The translations under genes and the position numbers were made by a program. Positions 23,591 through 36,861 of a DNA stretch of 64,000 nucleotides are shown piece by piece. This stretch comes from Oikopleura dioica (lineage: Eukaryota; Animalia; Chordata). The DNA lies in NCBI GenBank assembly GCA_907165135.1, contig OU015566.1:2170001-2234000 (forward strand), read 5' to 3'. How positions within the stretch are numbered: the first letter of the stretch is position 1; each line of letters begins with the position of its first letter. Under the pieces are notes generated by a model. That model saw only the letters and a list, made by a program, of their open reading frames with translations. It was not told the origin of the DNA and searched no databases.

Positions 23591-25086
23591 ATCTCAACTC
23601 TTCTTTTTGCCTCTTCCCAAGCTCAGTACACCACTGAAGGTTATACCACAACGACTATCCGACGACGCACTCCTCCTCACCCTTCAGTATTTTGTCCAAG
23701 AAGCAGTCAACCGTACAGAGTCACTGGCAACACTGTCATCACTTCTCCCGGCTTCGAACATCAAGGACATTACATCAACCGTCGCGATTGTACATGGGAA
23801 GTTGAAATGGACGCTTCTGTCAAAAGCTTCACGATTTACCCCGAGTTCTTCGAGGTAGAAGGCGACGAAAATTGCCGGAGGGACTTTTTGAAAATCAGCT
23901 TTGGTGATTCGAGCTTCACATTTTGCTCGGTAGACTTCGACATGGAGAACTTCGAGCCGTACACAGCTTCATACTCGAGTAGTGATTACAGTAGCTACGG
24001 AAGCAGCTACAGTGGTTACAGCCCCTACCAAGGAGACTTTAACCACCCTCTCAAGGTAACATTGATTTGATGATTCGATTGAGATGTTTGTTAGGTCATT
24101 GGAAACAAAGCAACGATCCGATTCAAGAGCGATTCCTTTACTGTTTTCAAAGGATTCAAGCTCAGACTCGAGATAGACTAAGAAAACGAAGCTGCTGGAT
24201 GCGATTTAACCCAAACTGGATCGGGATCAATTTCTAGCTCAACTGACTCTGTCGGAGAAAATGTCCATTGCAGGTAAATTTTTAAAGAAAATATCATTTC
24301 TGACTTTCTCTCGAGGTACACCCTTAACGCTCTCCCTGGACAAATCATCAAAATCGACTTCGATCATTTCAATGTCAAGTCTGATCGAAACACACAATGG
24401 TGTCTAAAGGACTCACTTTCTATTGTCGGTCGAAAACATTGTGGAAGAGAAAAGGTTGGCTTCGGCAATAAAAGCATGCCCCCAAAGACACTCTTCATCT
24501 ACGCGGAATCGACGGAGATTCTCTGGGAGACCTGGGGCTTTGATGACTCAAGCTTCAGTTTCTCCTGGGAATCCGTCGAGAATCCAAGTGGAATTGCTCC
24601 TTGTGCGCCGTTAGAGAGCGCTGAGGGATTTAACTATCATATGGAGGTGAAGACAATTGTTGAAAAAAATCTTCTCGACAATATTTTTAGCTATTTTTCA
24701 ACAATCTTCTCTACCAGATGCAATTGCGTCGCCCCTGGATGTCAAAAGCACTTGAAAGATTCTGGAAAAACATCCAGATCGCCGAGGAGCATTTCCAGAA
24801 TGAAGGCGAGTGCGACTGGAAGTATCACACGCCGACATACGAAGCATTTGATTTCAAAGAATTTGATCCGACCTTTTCAAAATGTAAGAATTTACGAAAT
24901 TTTGCCAGCAACGCGAAGCAGTTCCTCGACAATTTCGTGTGCATGGATGGCCATGAATTTCCCAGAAGAACGCTGATCAAATGGCGCAAACAAGGCAAAA
25001 ACCTATCTGAACTTGCCGATAAGTTGTCGAGTTATTGGCAGCCGATTAATTGGGACAATTCACAAGGTGCTACTGATGTCTGCTAG
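23591..25086 (+). CDS. Secreted protein with two CUB domains + helical C-terminal domain, with an in-frame TAA at 24179-24181 (copy 1; first exon not found)
   Basis: ISTLLFASSQA signal-like segment, CUB1 (ITSPGF...DCTWEV...CRRDFL...FKSDSFTVFKGFKL), CUB2 (GC...CRYTL...FDHFNV...CLKDSL), C-terminal ORF 24718-25086. Confidence 0.7.
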
Positions 25087-25774
25087 ACAAATATTCTTTC
25101 TGTAAAATAAATGAACAAATATTCTGCCCATTCGATAATTTTTCTTCTATTTTATATTTTTCGGGAAAAAGAGGGACTTTGGTCTTTAAGTTTTCTAGTA
25201 AAAATCATGCTTGCCTTTTGATGCATTTTTATCAAAGACGTAATGGGATGTCTGAGGTGTCATCCGCCGGAGATAGTGGAGTCAATCTGTGAGTTCCAAA
25301 CAGGAACAAATTTCAAGTCATCTGATTTTCGGAATTTATTTCGAAAGCTTTTTCTAGCGCTTTTGGATGAATAAACGGTATCGGAGAGCATTCTCCACCT
25401 GAAAGTACTCTCAAATGTCAGATTTTGTTTGCGCTGATTTTGCGGTGCCAATTTTTAGCGCTTCCGGGGGCATGTTTGAGTGTGGCGGTTTGGTTCCACC
25501 GCAATTTTCTGAATGAGGTAGTTCCGTTTATTGCTGATGCAGGGTCGAAGTTCTCTTTGGAACAGAGTCAATCGCTTGATTTTCGACAAATTCAGACATG
25601 TCAGATTCCGCCGATAGCGAAAATCTTTCCGCCGATTATCTGCTGAAGTTATCGTCAGTAAAGCCTGGTTCAAACAGACGATTCCAACTGTGCAACTACA
25701 GCGCCATCGGATAGAGTCAACAAAAATTCCTCAGTAAAATCATTTTTTCAATACTAAGATCAAAACTTCAAAAA

Positions 25775-26630
25775 ATGAGCGAAGGTAATGAATGAGAGAT
25801 TTTTCTCCCCAAAATTTCTAGGTGATGGAAGCAGCTTGTCTCCAAGCGAACACTCATCAATTCAAGAAGTATCGTCAGAAAGAGAAACGGGCGAATTTCA
25901 GGAAGTGAAGGATGCTGGGAGAAATCGAAGAGTTAGTTTCTTTTTTCTTTCCTGTTTTTTTTTCTTTAGATTAAAATCGGCGGAGGTATTGCTCTCGGAA
26001 TAATTCTTCTCGTTGCCATTATCGTTCCATGCGTTCTTCTCCTTCCGAAAGAGCCAAAAACAACAACAAAGTCGACAACGACGACATCGACAACGACGAC
26101 AACGACAACAATACCACCACTTCCACCAACGAACTCAACGACATCAATGACAACGACCACGTTATCTGAAATTCATAATTCCACATTTACTCCTGGAATT
26201 TTTACAGAAGAAACGGTTACAACAACAACAACAACAATCGCGCCTACAACAACAAAAACAACAACAATGGTAGAAACAACAAGCATTGAGTACACAACAT
26301 TGCCGATGATCACTGATCAAGGAACTTGTGAGACTGTCGAAGATTACCTAAACCTCGATACTGATAGATTTACTTGCCTCGTTCACTGTGATTCTCCGAT
26401 CGAAAAATGCACTTTATATGACACAGGTTAGCAAGAAACATTTTGAAAATAAAACCAGAAAACAAGGTTGTTATCAATTTGGCGATAACTGCTACAGACC
26501 CGTTGAAGTAGACTGGTCATTCTGCGCATCAGAAAACGGCTGGGGAAAGTGTACAGAAGATGAAATTTCTGGAAACTCAGTTGAAGATATTTGCGTTAAT
26601 GAAGATGCTTGTTTATTTCTTTATCAATAA
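25775..26630 (+). CDS. Type II membrane mucin-like protein with a C-terminal 10-Cys domain (paralog A)
   Basis: MSE|..., TM IGGGIALGIILLVAIIVPCVLLL, Thr-rich stalk, Cys-rich tail; three GT-AG introns. Confidence 0.75.
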
Positions 26631-27054
26631 AGTTATTGCTCAAATCAGTGATTTCACAATTTATCTTCTTAATCTTGTATTAAATGATTTGAATTCGAGA
26701 GTCCAACAACAAGAAACAGTTGTAACGCTGACTCAATTAAGGGCGGCGGGCACGTTTGACAAGCCATTGGGGTTAGGACCTCTGTGGTTTTCGGATTTTG
26801 CGGTTTCCTCTTATTTTGGTGGAGCACGCCGCCATCCTTTTTAGCTTTCGCTGAATTTCGCCTCTTTGAATATTCAACGAGGAGAAAATCAAGAAGGCTC
26901 GATTTTCCGCGCTGTCGCTATTCAATTATCTCGAGATACCCTTAACTTAGAGAGTCACTCTCTTAGATTCTTGAGTGCAGGAAATAGCCCCCTGCATAAG
27001 CGCAGTCCCTTTTTTTTAAATTTACAGAGAAATTTAAAATTTGAAATTTTCAAA

Positions 27055-28149
27055 ATGAAGATTTTTCAATTTCTGCTCGCGAAAAGTCTTGGATTCGAAA
27101 CAATGTGGGCAATTCACGAGCCAGTGATAGGAAGCGTTGGAGAGATAGAGACCGAGTATTTGAAAGAGAATACTGTTGAAATTTGGCAAATAAGAGCAGA
27201 GAAAGGAGAGAAGATCAGGATCAAATTCGAGTTTATGAATATTGCTCTTACAAGGTAATTTTACATTTTTCAGAAATTCTCTGCAAAGAAATCGAAAAAT
27301 ATATGTCTTTCTCGTTTAAATTCTATTCACTAAAAGCATTTATTCATAAACTTAGTAAACTACTCTCTTCAATTTATAGTGAAACATGATTGACAGGTCA
27401 CTGTTTTTAAGGGGGTAGAACTAGATTTTGCGAAAAACCGTGATTTTCGTAAGGTACTTTAAATAAGAAAAACCATTTTTACTTATGATGACGCAATTTC
27501 CTCAAAAATGTTGCTAAATAATGGGTTAAACTAACTTAGAATGAGATTTAAAAAGTTTGGCTATTCGCGTGAGTCGAGAAATTTGAGGACGCGAATACGC
27601 TAAAATTGCGATTTTCGAAGAGGTGGGCTGACGTTTCGCTCTCTAGCGCCAAAATGTGTTGATGAAAAAAAATTTTATGAAAAATGTTGCTAGATCTAAG
27701 ATCTATCTTCAGCCGAAGAGAGAATTCGAAAATCTAAGCTCTCCTGGCTTTGAGCGCCGGTCTAGAATCGGCTTTTTTGGAAAAACCTAGTTCTACCCCC
27801 TTAAGAGCCATAAAAATGTTAAAAACAATGAAAATTCAGAGTTTTAAAATAGTGTTGGTGCGTTCAAAGTTCAGCAATATTCATATTCAGTATAGTTTCC
27901 ACTTCAGGTAAAAAATTAATTTAATTTAGACATAATGATCCTTGCGACACAAATAATCTTCAAATATACGACTCTTTTGGCGACAGTTCCTCCCCCGTAT
28001 CCCCTCGCCTCTGTGGGGACTACACGAAAAGTACCTCTGCACTTACCCGTCAGCGAGCTTTTCAACCCTTTTACAATCTCAGACACGAGGATTGGTTCCG
28101 CGGCAAAAATTTAACCATAACCCTAATGAACCTTAACCCTAACGGTTAG
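27055..28149 (+). pseudogene. CUB gene truncated at the duplication junction (chimeric C-terminus)
   Basis: Homolog of 41729-43490 up to DWFRGK; at 28110/28111 it reads into telomere-like sequence (LTITLMNLNPNG*). Confidence 0.75.
27411..27800. mobile_element. MITE with TTAA TSD and GGGGG termini (Kolobok-like), intronic, present only in copy 1
   Basis: TTAA-GGGGGTAGAACTAG ... CTAGTTCTACCCCC-TTAA. Confidence 0.85.
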
Positions 28150-28727
28150 GCCCTTACCCTTATTCTTGCTATTGAACGATATCAAAGACCTTTTCCTCAA
28201 GTCCAAATTTCCGAATTCTTTCAAGAACATCCACCAAATTATGATTAACATCTTCAATCGGAACTGGCTGCCTCCTTCTCAGAGGATCGCTCGTCCCATT
28301 CCAGTTCATTGTTTTTTTTGTTTCTCAGGGGTTAAAGATTTAACACGAAAAAATACTGGTTAAAGTTTAAACTCTCTCTCTGTCTCTCTTTCTTGCTGCC
28401 CGTGCTTCCGAAAATATTACTCGCGGAACGCGCATTTTCAGCAAGCAAAGTGTTTGCTCTGCAACGGGCATGTGCAAACTTACGCGGCGCAGAAATGGAA
28501 AAATGTTTTATTTTTATGGTGCTCTGTTTTTGAGATTTTGAGCAAATTCGAAGAAGTACTTTGACTTCAAAAATGATTCAATAGCAATCTGTAGGCTATC
28601 GTCGACATTACCCTGTGGCAGAAAAAAATGTCCTTTTTATTTTTTTCTGTATTATCGAGTAAAATAATAAAAACATAAAATGATAAAAATATTTCTTGAT
28701 TTATTATTTTTATTTGTGCATCTTGAA

Positions 28728-30538
28728 TCATGAACTCTCATCGATGCAAAAGTCAATTTCAACAGCAAAAAGAACAGGGATATAGTTCGAGGAATCATGA
28801 GAAGCAATGATATTCGTCTCAATAAATTGATTATCTTCAAAAATAATTCTTTCCACTGGATAATTGCCGACATTTTCAGCAGGTCTTCAGAGGGGAACGC
28901 TGATAATGTCAGGTTTTTAGCGATGAAAATTTATTATCAAGAATTTCGCTGAAAGTTCGTACCCTTCCTTCCAGACGCAATAAAAATTTCAGACTCAATT
29001 CGAATCGCAGAAGCAAGATAATAGTTCTTTATATTTTTTTATAGATTATAATCTGTTTAATGCTTACCATTTTCATTAGCCCGATAATATCCCACGAGCC
29101 ATTTTTGAGCATCCAAATATTCTTAGAAAATGAGTCCTGAGTCATATCATATCCTCCAGCAAGAATCAAAGAACCATCGTCCAAACCTGTCAATGTATGG
29201 GCATAGATATTTCTATAGATCGGTAATATAGATAAAAATGGCAAAATTACCTAGTATGATCTGGCATCGAAAACCAGCCTGTTGGATTGTAAACTTCAAC
29301 CTTTTTCGTTCCAGAAGAATAGTAACTGCCTACAGTGATTGGATTTCCTTGATAAATTCCGAGTTTTCCATAAGTATGTGTATACTGAGTTGAGTGGGTC
29401 GGAGTCGCGCTTGTCAAGTCAAATATCTCACAACTCTCGATCGGACTGTAACCCGGAAAACAAATCAGAGCTTGAAAAATATATTTTCTTTTCCAAACTT
29501 ATTTCGAACCTATAGCTCCATCATCAAATGCAACCGCGGCGGAATCGTGGTAGTATCGAAAATTCAGCCGAATCGAGAGCTCGACAAAATTACAGCCATC
29601 AAGTTTACCGATCTAAAACTGTGAATCAATTAATCAACAAAATGTTGCTGACCATCTGATTATCATATGCTCCACCAAAAGATAGAGTTCATTCTGAACA
29701 ACCGCGAAAAGGGCGCGGTCAGTGAAGTCATCATCAGGAGCATTTATCGTTGGAATCGATGACTCAAGCCCATCTCCAGAAACGATGTAAGACTCGCGCA
29801 AGTTGTTTAGCAGAACAAGAAGGTTTCCATTGCTCTAGAAAAAGATAACGGCTTGTCCTTTGACGAACGAACCGGAGGATGGGTAGTAGTTGGTTCTTCA
29901 GTTGTTGTTGTGAAGTCCACGACACATGGGCAGTCCCTCAAGTTTTCAATGTATATTTCGCTGCATTTTTCGAAGCAAGGCACATCCGGTGTGCATTCTC
30001 GAGTGCAAATCGCCTTCGAAATTCATCTTTGAAAGAAGAAAAGATAGAAAAACCTGGGCTTCCAGCGCAGCTTCAAGGCATACGGTGTACTCTTCGTTAC
30101 TTTGAACATCATCACATTCGTCAACGCAAATGGGATTCTCGCAATTTTCGCAACCAGACGGGCAATTTGACCCGCATGGGCAAAAAGAAGTACACGCTAG
30201 AAATCAGGTGACGAAAGGCATGAGTTTACTTGAATAGTCATTGATACACTCGCTCTCGCAAAGAGCAGAATCGCATTCTCCCAAACACTGCAAGTACTCG
30301 AACCGGCAGATGGCGGAACATTCATTGTACAAATCCTCATCCCTTGAAAGACTTTCGCGTTTTATTCATGAAAAGATTCTTACGGGCAACGTTCTTCCAT
30401 TGATTCGATTTTCTCATTTGTGGTCAGATTCACGAAGAGCTTTGGATCGGACTTTATTCTTTCGGGAATGGTGTCTTCATATGATTTCTCTAGAAAAACG
30501 GCACTTGACGCGATCGGCAAGAAAATTAGAAGACACAT
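28728..30538 (-). CDS. Cys-rich + kelch-like protein (copy 2; apparent 1-bp frameshift at ~29677)
   Basis: Duplicate of 14288-16099; homopolymer A4 versus A5 in the LYLFGG codons. Confidence 0.7.
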
Positions 30539-30686
30539 GATCTCCCGAAAAAAACTTGAGCCAGAGTCAAATGGGCGGCAGAACTTGGAACAAATAGAAA
30601 AACTTGTCTCTCAATGACATTTGCATAGAATTTTCTTCATTTTGCAAATGTTTTTTTTTCGACAATTTTATAAAAAAATTTATTGG

Positions 30687-32110
30687 TTAACAGCAACAAA
30701 TAGACAAGATTAGTGTTCTAGTTAATTTTTTTTGATTATTTCTTTTTGTGGGGATTCGCCGTCGAATTTTAAATTGCCGTGAACATAGCTTATGTCGTTT
30801 GATGGATCGTAGCCGTCGATGACATCGATATGAAAGCCATAACGTTGAACACTGTAGTCGGTTGTAAATGAAACAATCACATTTGACGAAGAAAAGGAAA
30901 ATCGAGTTCCCTAAAAATAAATTAATGATTTCGACTAATTTCTAGCTCTCGTTACATTGAATATTTGTCCGGTAAAAGGATAATCTCCAGAATTGTCGCT
31001 GAATGTCAGGGAGTCACAGCAACTTTCGAGATAGAACCCATTTACTTCGAAGGTGATTCCGTCGAAAGAAGTGGTAAATTTGTTGGTGCAACTCGCATCA
31101 TTTGGGTACATATTTGGGTAGTTTGGTGATCTGAATTTCATGATACAAATCAAGGTTATTGATATCATTTATTCGCTCTCAGCTAACCGAAAAAGCTTAC
31201 TAATCTCAGAAAGTTCCTTAAATTGGATTTTTTTCTGCCGCTGATTTTCGGCATTTTGAGCCAAAAAATCCCTTATCTTGGTGTCCCTTATTTTGGACTC
31301 CGACTGTAAATGATTGACGATCTTTGAAATGATGAAAAATTATTTGTGGTCAAAGTACTTACTGAAAACTTCCAGAACTCGTAACTGAATACTCGTTATT
31401 TCCATCGCAAATTCCAACAGTATTGTAATCGATCGACCCTTGGTTGGAAAAATGTGTTGTGGTGTATCCACCGTAGCCAGAACCATAATAGTCAGGTCCA
31501 CCGTAGCCAGAGCCATAATAGTCAGGTCCGCCGTAGCCTGAGCCATAATAGTCTGGTCCGCCGTAGTCACATGGGGGACCGTTTGGGCCGCCGCATGACC
31601 CAGAGGAACTGGAAAAATATTTGAATTGGAATAATAATTCAGTAGCTTACGGGCCATTAATAGCGACTGAAATGATTGCGACGATGATCAGAATTCCAAA
31701 AGAGATCACAGGGCAGCAAATTACCCCAAGGATGAAATTGCGAGCGGAATTGTCCGGCTTTCTTTGTTGTGGCATGATTACTGGAGGCTGTGGTGAAGGA
31801 TTTCCTGATATATTGATATTTTTTAACCGAAGCTTTTCAACTTACGTAATGATTGCTGAGAAAGAGCCGGTCGAATTGGTTGGGGAGCGGCCAGAGTTTG
31901 AGGAGCATTTTGTTGAATGTTCAAGATGACCGGTTGAGGACTTGGCGCTGGAGACGGCGTGGGTGGCGGAGCGAAAGCAGAAGCAGGTGCTGGTTGCTGA
32001 GCATAAGTTGGAGCTGGTTGTGGAGCTCCATAGCCGGGCGCACCAGTATAGGTTGCAGTCGGATAAGGCTGCTGCTGCTGACCCTGTTGTGGTACGGTAT
32101 TAGGATACAT
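30687..32110 (-). CDS. Type II membrane Pro-rich/GY-repeat/CUB protein (copy 2)
   Basis: Duplicate of 16248-17672. Confidence 0.75.
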
Positions 32111-32574
32111 AAAGAACTGAATCTGCATCAAGGAATTTTTCAACAATATTTTCAATTCTAGAATTCTATTGCAAATTATAGCCTTCAACTTGCAAGCTGC
32201 AATCGTACAGTTTGCATTGTTAATTCAAAAATCGTTGGTCAATACATGAATCACGGAAATTCTCAATCAGACAATATCCCCTCTCAAATTTTTTCGTCTT
32301 ATACCTTTCTACAGACCTTTTCATTGTTAATTTATTCACTAGAATATATTTGAAAATGCCCTTTTTGGTCGGAAAATAAGCACTGATATTGATTAATTTC
32401 GCTTTTTTGAACGTCAATGAAATGAATGTGAATAAAATAATGATTAATATGAAGGATGATGACGACAATTTTTGTAAAAAAATCGATTTAAGTTCATAAA
32501 AACGACAATTTTTATGGTTGAAAGCGTTTGAGAACGTACTTTTCCATTTTCAGAAAATCGAAAAACTTGTGATA

Positions 32575-34025
32575 ATGTCCAAGATCACGTGCGGACCCGT
32601 TGTCGAGATTCAGGGAGATGAAATGACCAGAATCATTTGGGACCTGATCAAGGAGAAGCTCATAATGCCCTACATCGATTTCGGAGAGAATCTTCACTTT
32701 TACGATCTTTCCATCCAGAAAAGAGATGAAACTGATGACCAGATCACTGTCGACTGTGCTGAAGCCATCAAAAAATACGGAGTGGGAATCAAATGCGCCA
32801 CAATTACTCCTGATGAAACGAGAGTCGAGGAGTTCGGTCTCAAGGTAATATTTCATTATTGATATTCAAACAAAAAAACTATTCAGAAAATGTGGGGATC
32901 TCCTAATGGCACTATCCGAAACATCCTCGGCGGCACCGTCTTCCGTGAGCCTATTCTCTGCTCGAACGTCCCCCGACTCGTTACTAACTGGAATCACTCC
33001 ATCGTCGTCGGTCGCCACGCTCATGCCGACCAGTACAAAGCCACCGATCTCGTTATTCCCAAGGCCGGAACTCTTACAATGACCTTCCAGCCAGACGATG
33101 GATCTGCCCCTATTCAACAGGTAAATTCACCATTTCAGGGACCAACTAAAACGATACCCTCTTTTTAGACCATTTACAAGTACGAAGATGGTGGAGTTGC
33201 CATGGGCATGTACAACACTGACAAATCCATTCGGGATTTCGCGCGAAGTTGCATGATTTTCGCGTCTGGTCGGGGCTGGCCCCTGTATCTTTCAACCAAG
33301 AACACGATCCTCAAGACATATGATGGCAGATTCAAGGTTTTGTCGTTTTTCTATTGTTCGTTTAATAAACATCCCCCAGGACATTTTCGCCGAAGTCTAC
33401 GACGCCGAGTTCAAGTCGACTTTCGAGGAAAAAGGAATTTGGTACGAGCACCGACTTATCGACGATATGGTCGCTTATGCTCTCGAATCCAGCGGTAAAT
33501 TCGTCTGGGCTTGCAAAAACTACGACGGTGATGTGCAATCCGACTCTGTCGCACAAGGTACAACACTCTTGCAAGCAGTTTCCCGTCAACTTTTCAGGTT
33601 ATGGCTCCTTGGGTTTGATGACTTCCATGCTCGTCTGTCCCGACGGAAAGACTGTCGAATCCGAAGCTGCTCATGGAACTGTTACTCGACATTACAGAGC
33701 TCACCAGGCTGGAAAAGAAACCTCCACCAACCCAATCGGTAAGATTGGTCTTTTCTTTTATATTTCTATGATTCTAGCTTCGATTTTTGCCTGGACTCGA
33801 GGGCTCGAACACCGCGCAAAACTCGACAAGAACGAAGCCCTTGCCAAGTATTGCGCTACTCTTGAAAAGGTCTGCGTCACGACCATCGAGAGCGGCTTCA
33901 TGACCAAGGATCTCGCCATTTGCACCAAGAACGGCGACGCGTCCAAAGTCAACAGGGCCGACTATCTCAACACTTTCGAATTCTTGGACAAGCTTGCCGA
34001 GAATCTCAAAGCTGCCATGATCTAA
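32575..34025 (+). CDS. IDH1: NADP-dependent isocitrate dehydrogenase, cytosolic type (copy 2)
   Basis: Duplicate of 18137-19586 with the same protein sequence in the ORF track. Confidence 0.95.
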
Positions 34026-34288
34026 AAACAAAGAAAATCAATCACGAGACTGGTGCTGACTGATTCAACTTTATAAACAATTATCTTTAGGACAAGAACT
34101 TAAAAAAACGACTTCTGCAATCAACTTTTTATTATTTCTGTTAAAATTCGTCTTACGTAAACCCAATTTTATTCGCATTCACAAATCCATTCTTTCCTTC
34201 TCTATTCTAATTTAAAAAATAGCGACGGACCAGAATTCCAAAAGAGATCACGGGGCAGCTAATAACCCCGACTCGGGTTGCGAGCGGA

Positions 34289-35892
34289 GGTATGGCATCA
34301 TTATAAAGAAGGCTTCATTATAAAGAAGGCGTCATTATAAAAAAAGCATCATTATAAACGGCTTTATAATGAAGCCTTCTTTATAATGAAGCCTTTTTTA
34401 TAATGATGCTAGTTTATTTATAATGATGCAAAAAATATTGTGAGCATAAAAGGTAAAAATTATAGAGTCTATTTAGTAAACTCTTCTTCGACCTTTGATT
34501 TATTGACTGAAATTTTTTGACTAAAACTCAGAGGTTTTTAAAGATAATGACTGTAGCTGTGTATTAATGTAATATAACGCTTTCTTTTTCTTGAATCCCT
34601 TAGATTTTCGGACTTCGAGGGCACCTGTATGCCCAAAGTATACGTGATGACCAGGAACGGTCAGACTCATCACCAAAAATTTTTGGTAATGCGTTACCAA
34701 AATACTCAAAAAAAATTTTTCTTTTTTAAAAACTTGATTTTTTCAAAATATGTCTCAGGGATAAATTATGATATGATTATTATGAAATTATGAAATTATG
34801 ATTATCCCGGATAAAGTCCAGCGGTGTAGATAAAATGAATATCGTAAAAATAAAAGAATTATCTTTGCGGCTCTTCATTTCATTCTACATGGGGTAGGCT
34901 TCATTTCCCCAAGAGCAGGCATATAAATTCGCTTGGCGATTTTCGCCAAAAGCGAAAGCGAATCGAAAATTTCGCCTTCGCCCCCCCGAAAATCACACTT
35001 CTGATGTTCGCTTTGCTTTCGCTTTTTGTCCCCGATTTTCGCGAAAATTCCCCGTCGCTTAGGCCTCGCTTTCGCCAAATTTTCGGTTCTGGCGAATCTT
35101 TGCCAAAATTAAAAAAAAGTACCAAATCTCCTCAAAAAGTCAAATTTTGGTGAACCCAAAGAGTGCCTATGCGCTTCGTGCCTGCCTTGAAGGAAACTTT
35201 GGGAGTGATTCAGTAATAATTTCACGGAAAAAAATTCTGGTCAAAAACCTTTGATTTGGAAAATCAAAAATTGCTATTCGAATACCAGAAAATTTTTGTT
35301 ATACGAATCGAGCGTCCCCGCAAAAAGCGGTCTGCAGCGGACCGTCTGCTCAGCTTAGCTCAGCTCAATTACCTAAAGAAAATGGATAGCCCAGCTGATC
35401 TCAACTAATTTACCTTAAAGGAAAATTGAAAAAGATCAGCTCAGCTCAGCTCTGCTCAATGAGTCATTGACAATGACTTCTGAAAAAGGCCCGCTCAGCT
35501 CAGCAGAAATTTAGCAAAATTTGCAACTCTGATTGTAAGACTATTTTCCGATGCTAGAGTTGAATCTCGCATCAAAAAGTAATGACTTCATTTCTCCTGT
35601 TTATTATGTCGAATCGACAATTTTTAATTAAAATAAAAGGGCTTTTTTCAGCAAAAATTTTCCCAAAAAAAAATTTTGTCCGCGATCTAAGAATTTTTTT
35701 TTTCTTATTTACCCTCTCGTTTTGATGTTTTTACCCTCACAATATTTTAATATCATCATTATAAATAAACTAGCATCATTATAAAAAAGGCTTCATTATA
35801 AAGAAGGCTTCATTATAAAGCCGTTTATAATGATGCTTTTTTTATAATGAAGCCTCTTTATAATGAAGCCTTCTTTATAATGATGCCATACC
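34289..35892. mobile_element. Long-TIR non-autonomous transposon, 8-bp TSD (copy 2)
   Basis: TSD CGAGCGGA at 34281-34288 and 35893-35900. Confidence 0.9.
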
Positions 35893-36861
35893 CGAGCGGA
35901 ATTGTCCGGCTTTCTTTGTTGTGGCATGATAACTTGAGGCTGTGGTGAAGGATTTTTGAAACAATATTGTCAATTCTAGAAATCAATTGCTTATTTTAGC
36001 TTTTAACCTACCAACAAAGCTACAAGCAAACGTAAAAGCTTCAATCTAACTTCAATTATCAAGCTCATCAGGGTTTATTTTTATCAATCGTCATGGTACG
36101 ACAAATTTACGGTATGCTTGATTCCATATCGCTTGCTTGGATCAGTCAATTATTTTGACATCAAACTAGCCCGCAAGATACAACGACAGCTTTCCTGGAC
36201 CACGTAGTAGCTGCAAATAAATTGAACTTTGCTGACTTGAAATTGTTGTTGGTATCAGTTACTGGTTTCTTACAAGCCTAAATATTATATTATGAAGATA
36301 TTTTATCACGATTTTAAGCTAAAACTATCTTTTTGCCCTTATGGCAGGAAAACGACCTTAGAAAGTAAAAAGAGTCGAATTAATGTAGCGCTTTAGAAAT
36401 AAGCTGGAAGCGAGAAGAGTTTAGAAACTTTGGTTTTCAAGCAAAGGATTCATGGAGAAAAGCTAGTTAATTTGGGCAGCAAAGTCAATTTAATTGTGTT
36501 TTGGTCCTGACGTTGTTGATGACGCCAAGTCGACGTGCTTTTGGTGTTGGAGCGAGGCTCCACCTAGATAGTGCGTATTTAATCGCGAGCGAAATTCGAA
36601 TTAGTTACTTCCAGAGAGAAAGAGAATTTTCGATATGAAGGTACACTTTTACCGTAGTCTGTGGTAATTCGTCGGGGTCGCCCCGACAAATGAAATATGA
36701 AATAACAGTCATTCGTCGGGGTCGACCCCGACAGATTGAAGACCAAAAATACACCAATTCGTCGGGGTCGAACAATTGAATACGACGAATCAGTCTTCAC
36801 TCAAACACCAATTCGTCGGGGTCATTCCTTGCTATGACGCAATCCCTATCGTCAGCCTTAA

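Larger units (their letters stand above)
13671..28110 (+). repeat. Tandem segmental duplication, copy 1 (14,440 bp)
   Basis: The ORF track repeats at offsets of 14437-14440; the sequence matches 28111-~42362. Confidence 0.97.

Noticed and set aside
25200-25730. Moderately conserved segment between copies with several short ORFs
   Set aside because: No consistent reading frame or splice pattern could be established
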